Of a DNA stretch of 64,000 nucleotides, positions 1 to 12,836 are shown piece by piece. Under the pieces are notes generated by a model, which did no database searches, had not been told where the DNA came from, and saw only the letters and a list, made by a program, of their open reading frames with translations. Made by a program: the position numbers and the translations under genes. This DNA comes from Eledone cirrhosa (lineage: Eukaryota), in the NCBI GenBank assembly GCA_964016885.1, contig OZ024766.1, positions 3,100,001-3,164,000 on the forward strand, read 5' to 3'. The first letter of the stretch is position 1. Every line of letters starts with the position of its first letter.

Positions 1-41
1 GTTAAACTTCTTGACTGAGAGAATGACTTACCACAGATATA

Positions 42-1841
42 TCAGTGATGAGGCTTTTCTCCTGTATGAAGACATATATGTCTAGTTAACTGATCAGCTT
101 GAGAGAATGACTTACCACAGATATCACAGTGATGAGCTTTCTCTCCTGTATGAATGAATTTATGTCTAGTTAAGTGAGCATTTTGAGAGAATGACTCACC
201 ACAGATATCACAGTGGTAAGGTTTTTCTCCTGTATGAATACGTATGTGTCCAGTTAAATTGCTCGCCGCAGCGAATGACTTACCACAGATATCACAGTGA
301 TGAGCTTTCTCTCCTGTATGAATGAATTTATGTCTAGTTAAGTGAGCATTTTGAGAGAACGATTCACCACAGATATCACAGTGATGAGGCTTCTCTCCTG
401 TATGAATATATTTATGTTTAGATAAACTACTTGACTGAGAGAATGACTTACCACAGATTTCACAGTGATAAGGTTTATTTCCTGTATGAAGATATTTGTG
501 TAGAGTTAAGTGACTTGACTGAGAGAATGACTTACCACAGATATCACAGTGATGAGGTTTCTCTCCTGTATGACTGTATTTATGTACAGTTAACTGACCT
601 GACTGAGAGAATGACTTTCCACAGATATCACAGTGATGAGGTTTCTCTCCTGTATGACTATATTTATGTACAGTTAACTGACTTGACCAGGAGAATGACT
701 TACCACAGATTTCACAGTGATAAGGTTTATTTCCTGTATGAATATATTTGTGTAGAGTTAAATTACTCGACTGAGAGAATGACTTACCACAGATATCACG
801 TTGATGAGCTTTCTCTCCGGTATGAATGAATTTATGTCTAGTTAAGTAATCATTTTGAGAGAATGATTTACCACAGATATCACAGTGATGAGGCTTCTCT
901 CCTGTATGTAGACGTATGTGTTGAGTTAAATGATGATTACGAGAGAATGATTTACCACAGATATCACAGTGATGAGGCTTCTCTCCTGTATGACTATATT
1001 TATGTACAGTTAATCGACTCGGCACAGAGAATGATTTACCACAGATTTCGCAGTGATAAGGTTTTTCTCCTGTATGAATACGTATGTGTTCAGTTAAATT
1101 GCTCCGCGCAGCGAATGGTTTACCACAGATATCACAGTGATGAGGCTTCTCTCCTGTATGACTAGATTTATGTAGAGTTAAACTACTCGAATGAGAGAAT
1201 GACTTACCACAGATTTCACAGTGATAAGGTTTTTCTCCTGTATGAACACGTATGTGTTCAGTTAAATTGCTCGCCGCAGCGAATGACTTACCACAGATAT
1301 AACAGTGATAAGGTTTTTCTCCTGTATGAATGTATTTATGTCGAGTTAAACTAATGGACTGAGAGAATGACTTACCACAGGTTTCACAGTGATAAGGTTT
1401 TTCTCCTGTATGAATACGTATGTGTCCAGTTAAATTGCTCCGCGCAGCGAATGATTTACCACAGATATCACAGTGATGAGGTTTCTCTCCTGTATGAATA
1501 CGTTTATGTGTAGTTAAATGCGCTGACAAAGAGAATGACTTTCCACAGATATCACAGTGATGAGGTTTCTCTCCTGTATGAATACTTATGTGTTCAGTTA
1601 AGTCACCCTTACACGAGAATGATTTACCACAGATATCACAGTGATGGGGTTTCTCTCCTGTATGGACAGATTTGTGTCTACTTAAACTATTTGACATAGA
1701 AAATGATTTACCACAGATGTCACACTGATGAGGCTTCTCTCCTGTATGAATACGTATGTGTTTAGTTAAGTAACCCGACACAGAGAATGATTTACCACAG
1801 ATATCACAGTCGTATGATGATTTTTTGTTCCTCTTTGACAT
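42..1841 (-). CDS. Poly-C2H2 zinc-finger protein, 21 fingers (ZNF-1); finger 13 has Cys1->Arg
   Basis: 599-aa ORF of C-x2-C-x12-H-x3-H repeats with TGEKP linkers; in-frame stop ~24 codons upstream of the ATG. Confidence 0.93.
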   Translation of the reverse strand: MSKRNKKSSYDCDICGKSFSVSGYLTKHIRIHTGEKPHQCDICGKSFSMSNSLSRHKSVHTGEKPHHCDICGKSFSCKGDLTEHISIHTGEKPHHCDICGKSFSLSAHLTTHKRIHTGEKPHHCDICGKSFAARSNLTGHIRIHTGEKPYHCETCGKSFSQSISLTRHKYIHTGEKPYHCYICGKSFAAASNLTEHIRVHTGEKPYHCEICGKSFSHSSSLTLHKSSHTGEKPHHCDICGKPFAARSNLTEHIRIHTGEKPYHCEICGKSFSVPSRLTVHKYSHTGEKPHHCDICGKSFSRNHHLTQHIRLHTGEKPHHCDICGKSFSQNDYLTRHKFIHTGEKAHQRDICGKSFSQSSNLTLHKYIHTGNKPYHCEICGKSFSWSSQLTVHKYSHTGEKPHHCDICGKSFSQSGQLTVHKYSHTGEKPHHCDICGKSFSQSSHLTLHKYLHTGNKPYHCEICGKSFSQSSSLSKHKYIHTGEKPHHCDICGESFSQNAHLTRHKFIHTGEKAHHCDICGKSFAAASNLTGHIRIHTGEKPYHCDICGESFSQNAHLTRHKFIHTGEKAHHCDICGKSFSQADQLTRHICLHTGEKPHH

Positions 1842-2227
1842 CTCTTCAGGAAAAAATATTTTTGCACAGCAGAAAATAAAGATGTTTTTTCTTGGTCTTC
1901 TTTTTATAGTTTATTCCTAATAAATATTTTCAAAGTTAAATTTCCATCAACTTTGATTTTTGTTGACACCTGAAAATGATGCAAATTCTTTTATAGATTT
2001 ACCCAAGTTTAATAAGAATACTATATCTTCTTGTACACTTTCCAGATAGTGAGGAGATAAATTATTTAATGAACCTCAGTTCAGAAGAAATACTTCACTG
2101 TAAGTCATCAAATGCTGATATAAAAAGACTTATATGAATACTGTGTAAAATGTTGTGTTAGTTTTTGAAAGATATTGATGTTGTAACCGAAGTTAAAATT
2201 TCTCTTCTGTCAATGTCATGTGATATT

Positions 2228-3001
2228 CTGAAATAGCAGAGAAAACAAAATAAGTTATGGAGAATGTTGAAATGTGATTCAATAATGGAAATTTTACATT
2301 TCTATATTGATAAACTGTATATATAAACTTTCAGCTGAATAATTAAACTTTTCAATGTGTGTGTATATATATTATAAGACCCGTCCCACCCTTGCAAGCA
2401 GGGAAAAGCGGACGTAAAATGATGATGATGATGATGATACAGTATATGCCAGCGTACAAGTCAATATTTATAGGCTAAAAATCTCACCTGCTCAGTTTCC
2501 TAGAAAATTAGTCATTTCCGACTGATTTTGAGGTTAGGTTTGTTGGAAACACGAAAAAAAACTGGGAAAATTAACAATTTCCCACCGGACGACCGACAGG
2601 TGCTTTTACTGTAAATTTACCTTAAATTAAAACAGATTTAGGCTAACATGTAGACAGATTTAATTAACTTTAAACAACAAAGTACAGCTGAATATAAACT
2701 ACATATTATAATACAAGGTAGTGAACATGATTAAATAGACGGAGGTAATTTAAATAATAAAGACACTCATAATAACAATCTATTTTATATCACATGTAAC
2801 AGTAGTATCTAGCTATTGTAAAATAAGACAACATTTCAGTCTAGAAGTATTTTCCTGTATATAAAAGTGACGAGGAAGAAATATGTCCAAATTTGTTAAA
2901 TATTTTCACTTGTATATAATTACTGTATCGTTGAAAGGTTCACATAATTCTATTATTTACACACATTATTATAGACTTCAAGTAAATCTTTCTCAACTTA
3001 C
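2228..3001 (-). other. Predicted 5'-UTR intron of ZNF-1 (equivalent in every complete unit, e.g. 8099..8837)
   Basis: Minus-strand donor GAGG|GTAAGT at 3001 and acceptor TTTTGTTTTCTCTGCTATTTCAG| ending at 2228, both conserved in all units; no transcript evidence. Confidence 0.65.
2377..2438 (+). mobile_element. ~62-bp extreme 3' end of an RTE LINE (or related SINE) with (GAT)n tail, intronic, unit 1
   Basis: Reads KTRPTLASREKRT* then (GAT)n; resembles the 3' terminus of the young LINE; absent in units 2,4,6,8,9. Confidence 0.7.
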
Positions 3002-3016
3002 CCTCTTCACATGTAA

Positions 3017-3124
3017 TCAATGTGTTGACTTCTTATATTTTATTAAACAACCAAAGAAATAATCTTCTTGTTGTTGTTGAATAAGAATTTTCAAAGATTT
3101 TATCAGCTTTTCTTTGTCCGCCAT
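3017..3124 (-). other. Upstream ORF in putative exon 1 (35 aa, MADKEKLIKSLKILIQQQQEDYFFGCLIKYKKSTH)
   Basis: Hand translation from the ATG inside the YY1-like motif to TGA at 3017-3019. Confidence 0.35.
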
Positions 3125-3180
3125 TAACGTTGGTGTATCTTCTTATTCTTTAGCCACAGATTCGTATCTTGTCACGATTA
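3116..3180 (-). promoter_or_regulatory. Putative TSS-proximal region with YY1-like motif (AATGGCGGAC) and a TCGTGAC motif
   Basis: gtccgccatt at 3116-3125, ~115 nt upstream of the predicted donor, conserved in all nine spacers; YY1 core CCGCCAT is typically just downstream of TSSs. Confidence 0.45.
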
Positions 3181-3436
3181 ATCAGTTAAGCTAGCTTTCT
3201 TTGTTTAAGGTATATGTTCCTCGTTGTCTTTCCCATTTGTATGTGTGTATATATATATATGTGTGATAATTCAAAATATAAATAAATATACACATGAACG
3301 TAATAAAAATATATTTTATTATATATATTTCGGAGGTACTGTGCTGTTTTTTTCATTACGTCCTCATCTGATAAAATATATAAATTGATGTGTGACATAT
3401 CTTAACTGTGCTGATGGTTCAATTCCAGCATTGGCA

Positions 3437-3437
3437 G

Positions 3438-3468
<31 letters not shown>

Positions 3469-3545
3469 ATGTATATATATATGTGTATATATATATATAT
3501 ATATATACACGTGTGTGTATGTGTGAGTATATATATATATATATT
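3437..3545. repeat. Compound (TA)n/(TG)n microsatellite, length-variable in each unit (e.g. 38980-39149, 51747-51918, 59164-59338)
   Basis: Directly visible dinucleotide tracts. Confidence 0.95.
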
Positions 3546-3799
3546 TCGTTTTTTAATGCTTTGCAAGATTATTTTTACCTGAAAACTTATGTTGAAACAG
3601 ATATTGTTATACTTTGGGAGGGTCATTCTGCCAATTAAAACACACACTCCCGTTGTTTTTCAATTCAATTTATTATAAATTTCAGGTTGGTTGGTTTAAT
3701 AACCGGATGGTTGTTTATATATTGCCAAAGCCCTTCCGTCACACACTGTGACCTCCTCATTGACTGGTTTCTTATTTTGTGTCTCTCCTGTCCTACACC

Positions 3800-4560
3800 A
3801 ACTTGTTTTATTGAACGCTGTAACACCAGAGGACTGTGTCATTCCCATTGGGAGATTTCGTTGAGTCAGGTCTGCCTTTATCGTTTCATCCCACGTCTTC
3901 TCTAGTTGCTTCCTGTAGCCTTTAAAGTCCTGCACCACTTTAAACAGCTGTCATCCTTCATGTGCATCCTATGACCATACCACCAGTCTTCTACCCTGCA
4001 CACAGCATTTGATCCCTCTTATGTCCTGTTTTGCCCCTAATACATATACACTTTGCCGTTCATGTACAACTTTGTTACACATCCATCTGATCATATAGAC
4101 TTTGTTTCTTTCCAATCTCCATAGGACCTCCACACGGAGAGCCCATATTTTGCTACCATGTAGCATTGCTGAGTGCACACAGACATTGTAAAGTTTGCTT
4201 TTTATCTAGAGTGAGAGACCTTTTGTAGTTAACAGTTGCAGCAGCTCCCTCAACTTTTTCTAACCCGCTCTTATCCTTGCAACTCTGCTTTATGCACAGC
4301 CTCCTCCTCAGCTGATTTTGTTCCCAAGATAGATGCTATCAGCAATTTTTTGGGGTCTTCTGTACATTTAAGGGCGCCTGCTATGTGAAGGTCTTTGCCT
4401 ACTTCCCTTGTGCAGCGTTCACATATCAAGTTGGTTTTTCTTGTGATCCTGCCAGTTTTCTCACTACATCACTTGTGTACCCACTATCTGCATTTGGTAC
4501 ACTAGATACAATTCCTACCTACTCCTTTCCTGCACACTAAGCAGAGCCATTTCCCAGAGT
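3800..4560 (-). mobile_element. Old degenerate RTE-clade LINE fragment (Cys-rich insert to C-terminus), unit 1
   Basis: Remnant peptides VCRKGVGRN, AMLHGSKIWAL, RLERN, IRWMCN, KTWDE match the young LINE ORF; several stops and frameshifts; boundaries approximate. Confidence 0.85.
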
Positions 4561-4719
4561 ATAATATTTGGTTAAAATATATTTTATAACACCCCAAATA
4601 ATGTTTCTCGTCAGTAAAGAACTAACATCCAATACATTTTAAACATATGTATCATCTATTGACAATATGACATTTTAATAAAATGAGAGTTCTCTGATCA
4701 TTATTTTACAAATATATTT

Positions 4720-4880
4720 ACCCGTCAAGTGCGAAAGGTTGGCGACCATTGCTCTATGTAGACTGGTTGGTTTTAGGAAGGGGCATCCAGTCATAGAAGC
4801 TATGTCAAAAAAAGATTGAGAGGACCCTGCAGCTATGTGAAGGGCATGACAACCTCTCCAGTGTTGGTGATACAAAATTA
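4720..4880 (+). mobile_element. Possible degenerate SINE/RTE-3'UTR remnant (in every unit)
   Basis: ttggttttaggaaggggcatccagtcatagaa resembles the reverse complement of ttctacagctggatgcccttcctaacaccaa in the young LINE 3' region. Confidence 0.4.
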
Positions 4881-4976
4881 CATCCTCACCCAACAGACAA
4901 ATATGACAGCATAGACCTTTGAGTGATGACAAATATTCACTTCAAAACCCCCAATGTCCATTCAGTCTACAACATT

Positions 4977-5135
4977 ATGGGATAGAGGGTCCCTTACTCA
5001 TACACAACAGGAAATGTGGGTGTTGCCCTCTAAATATTTCTTGTGGCCAGCTACAGTATTAGGTCATGGGATAGAGGGTCCCTCAATTATACACTACAAC
5101 AGGAAACGTGGTTGTTGCCAAAAAATAAATTTAAG
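4977..5135. repeat. Diverged two-copy direct repeat, ~89-bp period (in every unit)
   Basis: atgggatagagggtccct...caacaggaaa.gtgg.tgttgcc at 4977 and 5066. Confidence 0.75.
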
Positions 5136-5261
5136 AAGACAACTATCAGATATGAGAACTACTTTAATCCCATTTAAAAATAAAATTAAAAAAATAGAAA
5201 ACAATATTTAGAAGCTGTAGAAATAATAAGGGTTTCCTTGTGATATTAGTTGACAATAAGT

Positions 5262-5744
<483 letters not shown>

Positions 5745-7712
5745 TTAGTGATGAGGCTTTTCTCCTGTATGAAGACGTATATGTCTAGTTAACTGATCAG
5801 CTCGAGAGAATGATTTACCACAGATATCACAGGAATGAGGCTTCTCTCCTGTATGAATACGTTTATGTGTAGTTAAATGCGATGACGAAGAGAATGACTT
5901 TCCACATATATCACAGTGATGAGGCTTCTCTCCTGTATGACTAGATTTATGTAGAGTTAACCGACTTGACTGAGAGAATGACTTACCACATATATCACAG
6001 TGATGAGGCTTCTCTCCTGTATGACTATATTTATGTACAGTTAACCGACTTGACTGAGAGAATGACTTACCACATATATCACAGTGATAAGGTTTTTCTC
6101 CTGTATGAATACGTATGTGTTCAGTTAAATTGCTCGCCGCAGCGAATGACTTACCACAGATTTCACAGTGATGAGGCTTCTCTCCTGTATGAAGATATTT
6201 GTGTAGAGTTAAACTATTCGACTGAGAGAATGACTTACCACAGATATCACAGTGATGAGGCTTCTCTCCTGTATGAATGTATTTATGTACAGTTAAACTA
6301 CTCGACTGAGAGAATGACTTACCACAGATATCACATTGATGAGCTTTCTCTCCCGTATGAATGAATTTATGTCTAGTTAAGTGAGCATTTTGAGAGAATG
6401 ATTCACCACAGATATCACAGTGATGAGGCTTCTCTCCTGTATGAATATATTTATGTTTAGATAAACTACTTGACTGAGAGAATAACTTACCACAGATATC
6501 ACAGTGATGAGGCTTCTCTCTGCTATGAATACGTTTATGTGTAGTTAAATGCGCTGACAAAGAGAATGACTTTCCACAGATATCACAGTGATGAGGTTTC
6601 TCTCCTGTATGACTATATTTATGTACAGTTAACTGACTTGACCAGGAGAATGACTTACCACAGATTTCACAGTGATAAGGTTTATTTCCTGTATGAAGAT
6701 ATTTGTGTAGAGTTAAATTACTCGACTGAGAGAATGACTTACCACAGATATCACAGTGATGAGGCTTCTCTCCTGTATGAATGTATTTATGTAGAGTTAA
6801 ACTACTCGACTGAGAGAAGGACTTACCACAGATATCACAGTGATGAGGCTTCTCTCCTGTATGAATGTATTTATGTAGAGTTAAACTACTCGACTGAGAG
6901 AAGGACTTACCACAGACATCACATTCATGAGGTTTCTCTCCTGTATGAATGAATTTATGTTTAGTTAAGTGATCATTTCGAGAGAATGATTTACCACAGA
7001 TATCACAGTGATGAGGCTTCTCTCCTGTATGACTATATTTATGTACAGTTAAGTGACTTGACTGAGAGAATGACTTTCCACAGATATCACAGTGATGAGG
7101 CTTCTCTCCAGTATGACTATATTTATGTACAGTTAACTGACCTGACTGAGAGAATGACTTTCCACAGATATCACAGTGATGAGGATTCTCTCCTGTATGA
7201 ATATATTTATGTACAGTTAACTGACTTGACCGGGAGAATGACTTCCCACAGATTTCACAGTGATAAGGTTTCTTTCCTGTATGAATACGTTTATGTGTAG
7301 TTAAATGCGCTGACAAAGAGAATGACTTTCCACAGATATCACAGTGATGAGGTTTCTCTCCGGTATGAATACCTTTATGTGTAGTTAAATGCGCTGACAA
7401 AGAGAATGACTTTCCACAGATATCACAGTGATGAGGTTTCTCTCCTGTATGAATACTTATGTGTTCAGTTAAGTCACCCTTACACGAGAATGATTTACCA
7501 CAGATATCACAGTGACGGGGTTTCTCTCCTGTATGGACAGATTTGTGTCTACTTAAACTACTTGACATAGAAAATGATTTACCACAGATGTCACACTGAT
7601 GAGGCTTCTCTCCTGTATGAATACCTATGTGTTTAGTTAAGTAACCCAACACAGAGAATGATTTACCACAGATATCACAGTCGTATGATGATTTTTTGTT
7701 CCTCTTTGACAT
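5745..7712 (-). CDS. Poly-C2H2 zinc-finger protein, 23 fingers (ZNF-2)
   Basis: 655-aa uninterrupted finger ORF, TAA stop. Confidence 0.93.
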   Translation of the reverse strand: MSKRNKKSSYDCDICGKSFSVLGYLTKHIGIHTGEKPHQCDICGKSFSMSSSLSRHKSVHTGEKPRHCDICGKSFSCKGDLTEHISIHTGEKPHHCDICGKSFSLSAHLTTHKGIHTGEKPHHCDICGKSFSLSAHLTTHKRIHTGKKPYHCEICGKSFSRSSQLTVHKYIHTGENPHHCDICGKSFSQSGQLTVHKYSHTGEKPHHCDICGKSFSQSSHLTVHKYSHTGEKPHHCDICGKSFSRNDHLTKHKFIHTGEKPHECDVCGKSFSQSSSLTLHKYIHTGEKPHHCDICGKSFSQSSSLTLHKYIHTGEKPHHCDICGKSFSQSSNLTLHKYLHTGNKPYHCEICGKSFSWSSQLTVHKYSHTGEKPHHCDICGKSFSLSAHLTTHKRIHSREKPHHCDICGKLFSQSSSLSKHKYIHTGEKPHHCDICGESFSQNAHLTRHKFIHTGEKAHQCDICGKSFSQSSSLTVHKYIHTGEKPHHCDICGKSFSQSNSLTLHKYLHTGEKPHHCEICGKSFAAASNLTEHIRIHTGEKPYHCDICGKSFSQSSRLTVHKYSHTGEKPHHCDICGKSFSQSSRLTLHKSSHTGEKPHHCDICGKSFSSSSHLTTHKRIHTGEKPHSCDICGKSFSRADQLTRHIRLHTGEKPHH

Positions 7713-9074
7713 CTCTTCAGGTAAAAATATTTTTGCACAGCAGAAAATAAAGATGTTTTTTCTTGGTCTTCTTTTTATAGTTTATTCCTAATAAATATTT
7801 TCAAAGTTAAATTTCCATCAACTTTGATTTTTGTTGACACCTGAAAATGATGCAAATTCCTTTATAGATTTACCCAAGTTTAATAAGAATACTATATCTT
7901 CTTGTACACTTTCCAGATAGTGAGGAGATAAATTATTTAATGAACCTCAGTTCAGAAGAAATATTTCACTGTAAGTCATCAAATGCTGATATAAAAAGAC
8001 TTATATGAATACTGTGTAAAATGTTGTGTTAGTTTTTGAAAGATATTGTTGTTGTATCTGAAGTTAAAATTTCTCTTCTGTCAATGTCATGTGATATTCT
8101 GAAATAGCAGAGAAAACAAAATAAGATATGGAGAATGTTGAAATGTGATTCAATAATGGAAATTTTACATTTCTATATTGATAAACTGTATATATAAACT
8201 TTCAGCTGAATAATTAAACTTTTCAATGTGTAAAAGTGTATTATACATCATGTGTGTGCATATATATTATATATAGAGTATATGCCAGCGTACAAGTCAA
8301 TATTTATAGGCTAAAAATCTCACCTGCTCAGTTTCCTAGAAAATGAGTCATTTCCGACTGATTTTGAGGTTAGGTTTGTTGGAAACACGAAAACAAACTA
8401 GGAAAATTAACAATTTCCCACCTGACGACTGACAGGTGGTTTTGCTGTAAATTTACCTTAAATTAAAACAGATTTAGGCTAACATGTAGACAGATTTAAT
8501 TAACTTTAAACAACAAAGTACAGCTGAATATAAACTATATATTATAATACAAGGTAGTGAACAACATGATTAAATAGACGGAGGTAATTTAAATAATAAA
8601 GACACTCATAATAACAATATTTTATATCACATGTAACAGTAGAATCTAGCTATTGTAAAATAAGACAACATTTCAGTCTAGAAGTATTTTCCTGTATATA
8701 AAAGTGACGAGGAAGAAATATGTCCAAAGTTGTTAAATATTTTCACTTGTATATAATTACTGTATCGTTGAAAGTTCACATAATTCTATTATTTACACAC
8801 ATTATTATAGACTTCAAGTAAATCTTTCTCAACTTACCCTCTTCACATGTAATCAATGTGTTGTCTTCTTATATTTTATTAAACAACCAAAGAAATAATC
8901 TTCTTGTTGTTGTTGAATAAGAATTTTCAAAGATTTTATCAGATTTTCTTTGTCCGCCATTAACGTTGGTGTATTTTCTTGTTCTTTAGCCACAGATTCG
9001 TATCTTGTCACGATGAAGCTGTTAAGCTAGCTTTCTTTGTTTAAGGTATATGTTCGTCGTTGTCTTTCCCATTT

Positions 9075-9127
<53 letters not shown>

Positions 9128-9298
9128 ATAATTCAAAATATAAATAAATATACACATGAACGTAATAAAAATATATTTTATTATATATATTTCGGAGGTA
9201 CTGTGCTGTTTTTTTCAGTACGCCCTCATCTGATAAAATATATAAATTGATGTGTGACATATCTTAACTGTGCTGATGGTTCAATTCCAGCATTGGCA

Positions 9299-9358
<60 letters not shown>

Positions 9359-9385
9359 CTGTATGTATATATATATATGTGTATA

Positions 9386-9989
9386 TCTATCTATCTATCT
9401 ATATATACAAAGCTGTGGTTGTCTGTCTGTCTATCGATTTTTGGCACACATCTCCTCGTAGAATCTCTGACCGAATTGCACCGAAATTGCTATACTTGTA
9501 CATTGAGCCCTAGCGAAGACATCGGAAAAAAAATATTTCAAATTGACCCACCTTATGTGACGAAATCGAATCTTATGTATCGATTTTTCAGCGTAAGTGA
9601 CGAGTTATTTCCCTTTGTTCTGTTTACATTGAGCGTCTTACGTTCTGTTACGATACACGAACAGTTGTCGAGCCAGCAAAATTTTGACCTGCAAAATTCA
9701 TCAGTTCGAACACTGAACTTCCGTTTTGCTTCATTTCCATTTAAAAGCTTTTTAAAACAATATTTTTATTTGAAAACAAGTCTATTTAAAGACTACGTAA
9801 AACAAGCAAATATTTCGTAAAAAAAAGCAAATATTATATAAGTTTATTTAAAATATATGTATCTGTAAATTTCGTTAGGCGTGCAGACAGACAGTCGTGC
9901 TGACAGACTTTAAGCCAAAAAAGAAACTTAACATTGTAACTTTAACACAGCTACTGAGCGACCCCGAGCAACGCCGGGCTTTACCGCTA

Positions 9990-9990
<1 letters not shown>
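9386..9990 (+). mobile_element. 605-bp non-autonomous Helitron, unit 2
   Basis: 5' TC, 3' CTAG, subterminal GC-rich hairpin cccgagcaacgccggg, inserted between A and T of a (TA)n tract, no TSD; empty site in units 1,3,6-9. Confidence 0.82.
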
Positions 9991-10052
<62 letters not shown>

Positions 10053-10330
10053 TGTGAGTATATATATATATATTTCGTTTTTTAATGCTTTGCAAGATTA
10101 TTTTTACCTGAAAACTTATGTTGAAACAGATATTGTTATACTTTGGGAGGGTCATTCTGCCAATTAAAACACACACTCCCGTTGTTTTTCAATTCAATTT
10201 ATTATAAATTTCAGGTTGGTCGGTTTAATAACCGGATGGTTGTTTATATATTGCCAAAGCCCTTTCGTCACACACTGTGACCTCCTCATTGACTGATTTC
10301 TTATTTTGTGTCTCTCCTGTCCTACACCAA

Positions 10331-11091
10331 CTTGTTTTATTGAACGCTGTAACACTAGAGGACTGTGTCATTCCCATTGGGAGATTTCATTGAGTCAGGT
10401 CTGCCTTTATCGTTTCATCCCACGTCTTCTCTAGGTGCCTCCTGTAGCCTTTAAAGTCCTGCACCACTTTAAACAGCTGTCATCCTTCAGGTGCATCCTA
10501 TGACCATACCACCACGGTCTTCTACCCTGCACACAGCATTTGATCCCTCTTATGCCCTGTTTTGCCCCTAATACATATACACTTTGCTGTTCATGTACAA
10601 CTTTGTTACACATCCATCTGATCATATAGACTTTGTTTCTTTCCAATCTCCATAGGACCTCCACACGGAGAGCCCATATTTTGCTACCATGTAGCATTGC
10701 TGAGTGCACACAGGCATTGTAAAGTTTGCTTTTTATCTAGAGTGAGAGACCTTTTGTAGTTAACAGTTGCATCAGCTCCCTCAACTTTTTCCAACCCGCT
10801 CTTATCCTTGCAACTCTGCTTTATACACAGCCTCCTCCTCAGCTGATTTTGTTCCCAAGATAGAAGCTATCAGCAATTTTTTGGGGTCTTCTGTGCATTT
10901 AAGGGCGCCTGCTATGTGAAGGTCTTTGCCTACTTCCCTTGTGCAGCGTTCACATATCAAGTTGGTTTCTCTTGTGATCCTGCCAGTTTTCTCACTACAT
11001 CACTTGTGTACCCACTATCTGCATTTGGTACACTAGATACAATTCCTGCCTACTCCTTTCCTGCACACTAAGCAGGGCCATTTCCCAGAGT
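10331..11091 (-). mobile_element. Old degenerate RTE LINE fragment, unit 2
   Basis: Paralog of 3800..4560; retains the RRPWWYGH frame. Confidence 0.85.
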
Positions 11092-11138
11092 ATAATATTT
11101 GGTTAAAATATATTTTATAACACCCCAAAAAATGTTTC

Positions 11139-12836
11139 ATCATCATCATCATCATCATCAGGTTTAGCGTCCGTGTTCCACGCTTGCATGGGTTTGGACG
11201 GGGGTTTTCCCACTTGAGGCAAGAGTGGTTGTCTTGCTCGTATAGGACTGTCTGGCAGGTTTTCTACAGCTGGATGCCCTTCCTAACACCAACCACATTT
11301 ACAGTGTGGGGCTGGGAGGTTTTTACCGTGTTGCCTACACGGCCACATTACAGCGTGGACTGTCTGGCGGGTTTTCTACAGCTGGATGCCCTTCCTAACA
11401 CCAACCACATTTACAGTGTGGGGCTGGGAGGTTTTTACCATGTTGCCTACACGGCCACATTTACAGCGTGGACTGTGTGTTTTTTTGTCGTGACACCTAC
11501 ACGATCTCATTTGTTTCGGCCTGGATGTTGTGGGACCAACATAACTGTACATTGAAAGGGGTGGAGGTGGTGGTGGGGGGGGGGGGGGTTTGATAGAGAT
11601 GCCTACTGACTGTAGTAGGTTTTTACTTTGTATTTAGGTAAGGCGGGTCTTCTCTATTACTGAGTACCGCCAAAGGTCTCGGTCCAGTGACATTATCTTG
11701 GAGAGGTGTAAGCGTGTGAGGTCGGAATTTATCAGCTCGCCCCATGTTTTTCTGAGTCTGCCTACTCCGTGGCTACCGTCTATCTTTATTGCCCTGCACT
11801 TTGTTATACAGCTGTCGTCTTTCATGCGTATCACGTGACCGTACCAACGTAACCTTCTCTCGAGTAAACAACATCTGATCCCTCTTATTTCTAATTTTTT
11901 CCTTAGTTCGTTTATGCTTTGCCGTTCACGTATATTACTATTGCACATCCAGCGGAGCATGCAAGCTTCGTTCCTCTCTAGTCTGCGTATATCCTCTGCA
12001 CACAATGCCCAGGTCTCACTGCCATGCAACATTGCTGTTCGTATGCAGGCATCATACAACCTGCCTTTCATTTTTAGGGACAACCCTTTAGCGGCTAATA
12101 GTATTATAAGCTCTCTGAACTTTTTCCATCCAGTTCTGACTCTAGCTACTGTACTTTCAGAGCACCCTCCCCCACTGCTGATTTTGTCACCCAGGTAACG
12201 GAAGCTGTCCACTATTTCTATAGAACCCTCTGCGCAGTTGAAGGAGCTAGTATTTTGTGGGCACTTGCTGCTACTTATTGCACCAGAGCACCACATGTAA
12301 AATCTATGTTCTTAGTTAGCTTACCTGTGATCCCACTACATCTTTTATGCACCCATACTTTGCATTTGGGACATAAAATGGAGTTTCGACCTACGCCTTT
12401 CCTACACACTGAGCATGGCCATTTCCCAGATGGGACTGCCGCCATATTTTCTTTCCTACAAACTAGAACTTTTGTCTTAGCCAGGTTAATTTTAAGGCCT
12501 TTTGATTCTAGGCCGTGCTTCCATGTTTGGAATTTCTTCTCTAGTTCGGTCATTGATTCAGCTATGAGCGTTAGATCATCTGCGTATAGGAGTTCCCATG
12601 GGCAGCCGGTCTTGAACTCCTCGGTTATAGCCTGAAGGGCAATAATAAATAGTAGGGGGCTAAGAACAGAGCCCTGATGGACACCAACTTTTACGCTAAA
12701 CTCTTCACTATATTCGTTGTTAATTCTAACCTTACTGACTGTTTCTTTATACATGGCTTGTATAGCTCTCACAAGCCATTCGTCAACACCTAGTTTTCTA
12801 AGAGACCACCAGATAATGGAACGGGGGACTCTGTCA
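11139..12836 (-). mobile_element. Young 5'-truncated RTE-clade LINE, unit 2 (4-bp frameshift deletion near 12290)
   Basis: RT motifs GVHQGSVLSPLLF and LLYADD, FRYLG, WYGHV; (GAT)n tail at 11139-11160; ORF split into 165 and 220 aa pieces. Confidence 0.92.
11245..11477. repeat. ~112-bp tandem duplication in the LINE 3' UTR (also in units 4,5)
   Basis: ggactgtctggc... begins at 11245 and 11357, partial third at 11470. Confidence 0.85.

Noticed and set aside
431-1165. Plus-strand repetitive ORFs ([13 protein letters not shown]...) over every ZNF gene
   Set aside because: Antisense shadows of the 84-bp finger repeat, broken by stops wherever particular finger types occur.
42-1841. CRISPR-like alternation of constant and variable segments
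   Set aside because: The period is exactly 84 bp of in-frame C2H2 coding sequence; variable parts are recognition helices, and there are no cas genes.
3186-3647. YIYI/VCVC-rich ORFs in each spacer
   Set aside because: Translations of (TA)n/(TG)n microsatellites; frames change with tract length.
5163-5168. ATTAAA as poly(A) signal on the minus strand
   Set aside because: Plausible position but too common in AT-rich DNA to call without 3'-end data.
8418-8440. Small intronic hairpin ccacctg...caggtgg
   Set aside because: Only a 7-bp stem, disrupted in several units; no support for an RNA gene or terminator.
9254-9820. 188-aa plus-strand ORF (also 23271, 30250)
   Set aside because: Runs from a microsatellite into the non-autonomous Helitron; no Rep/helicase motifs.
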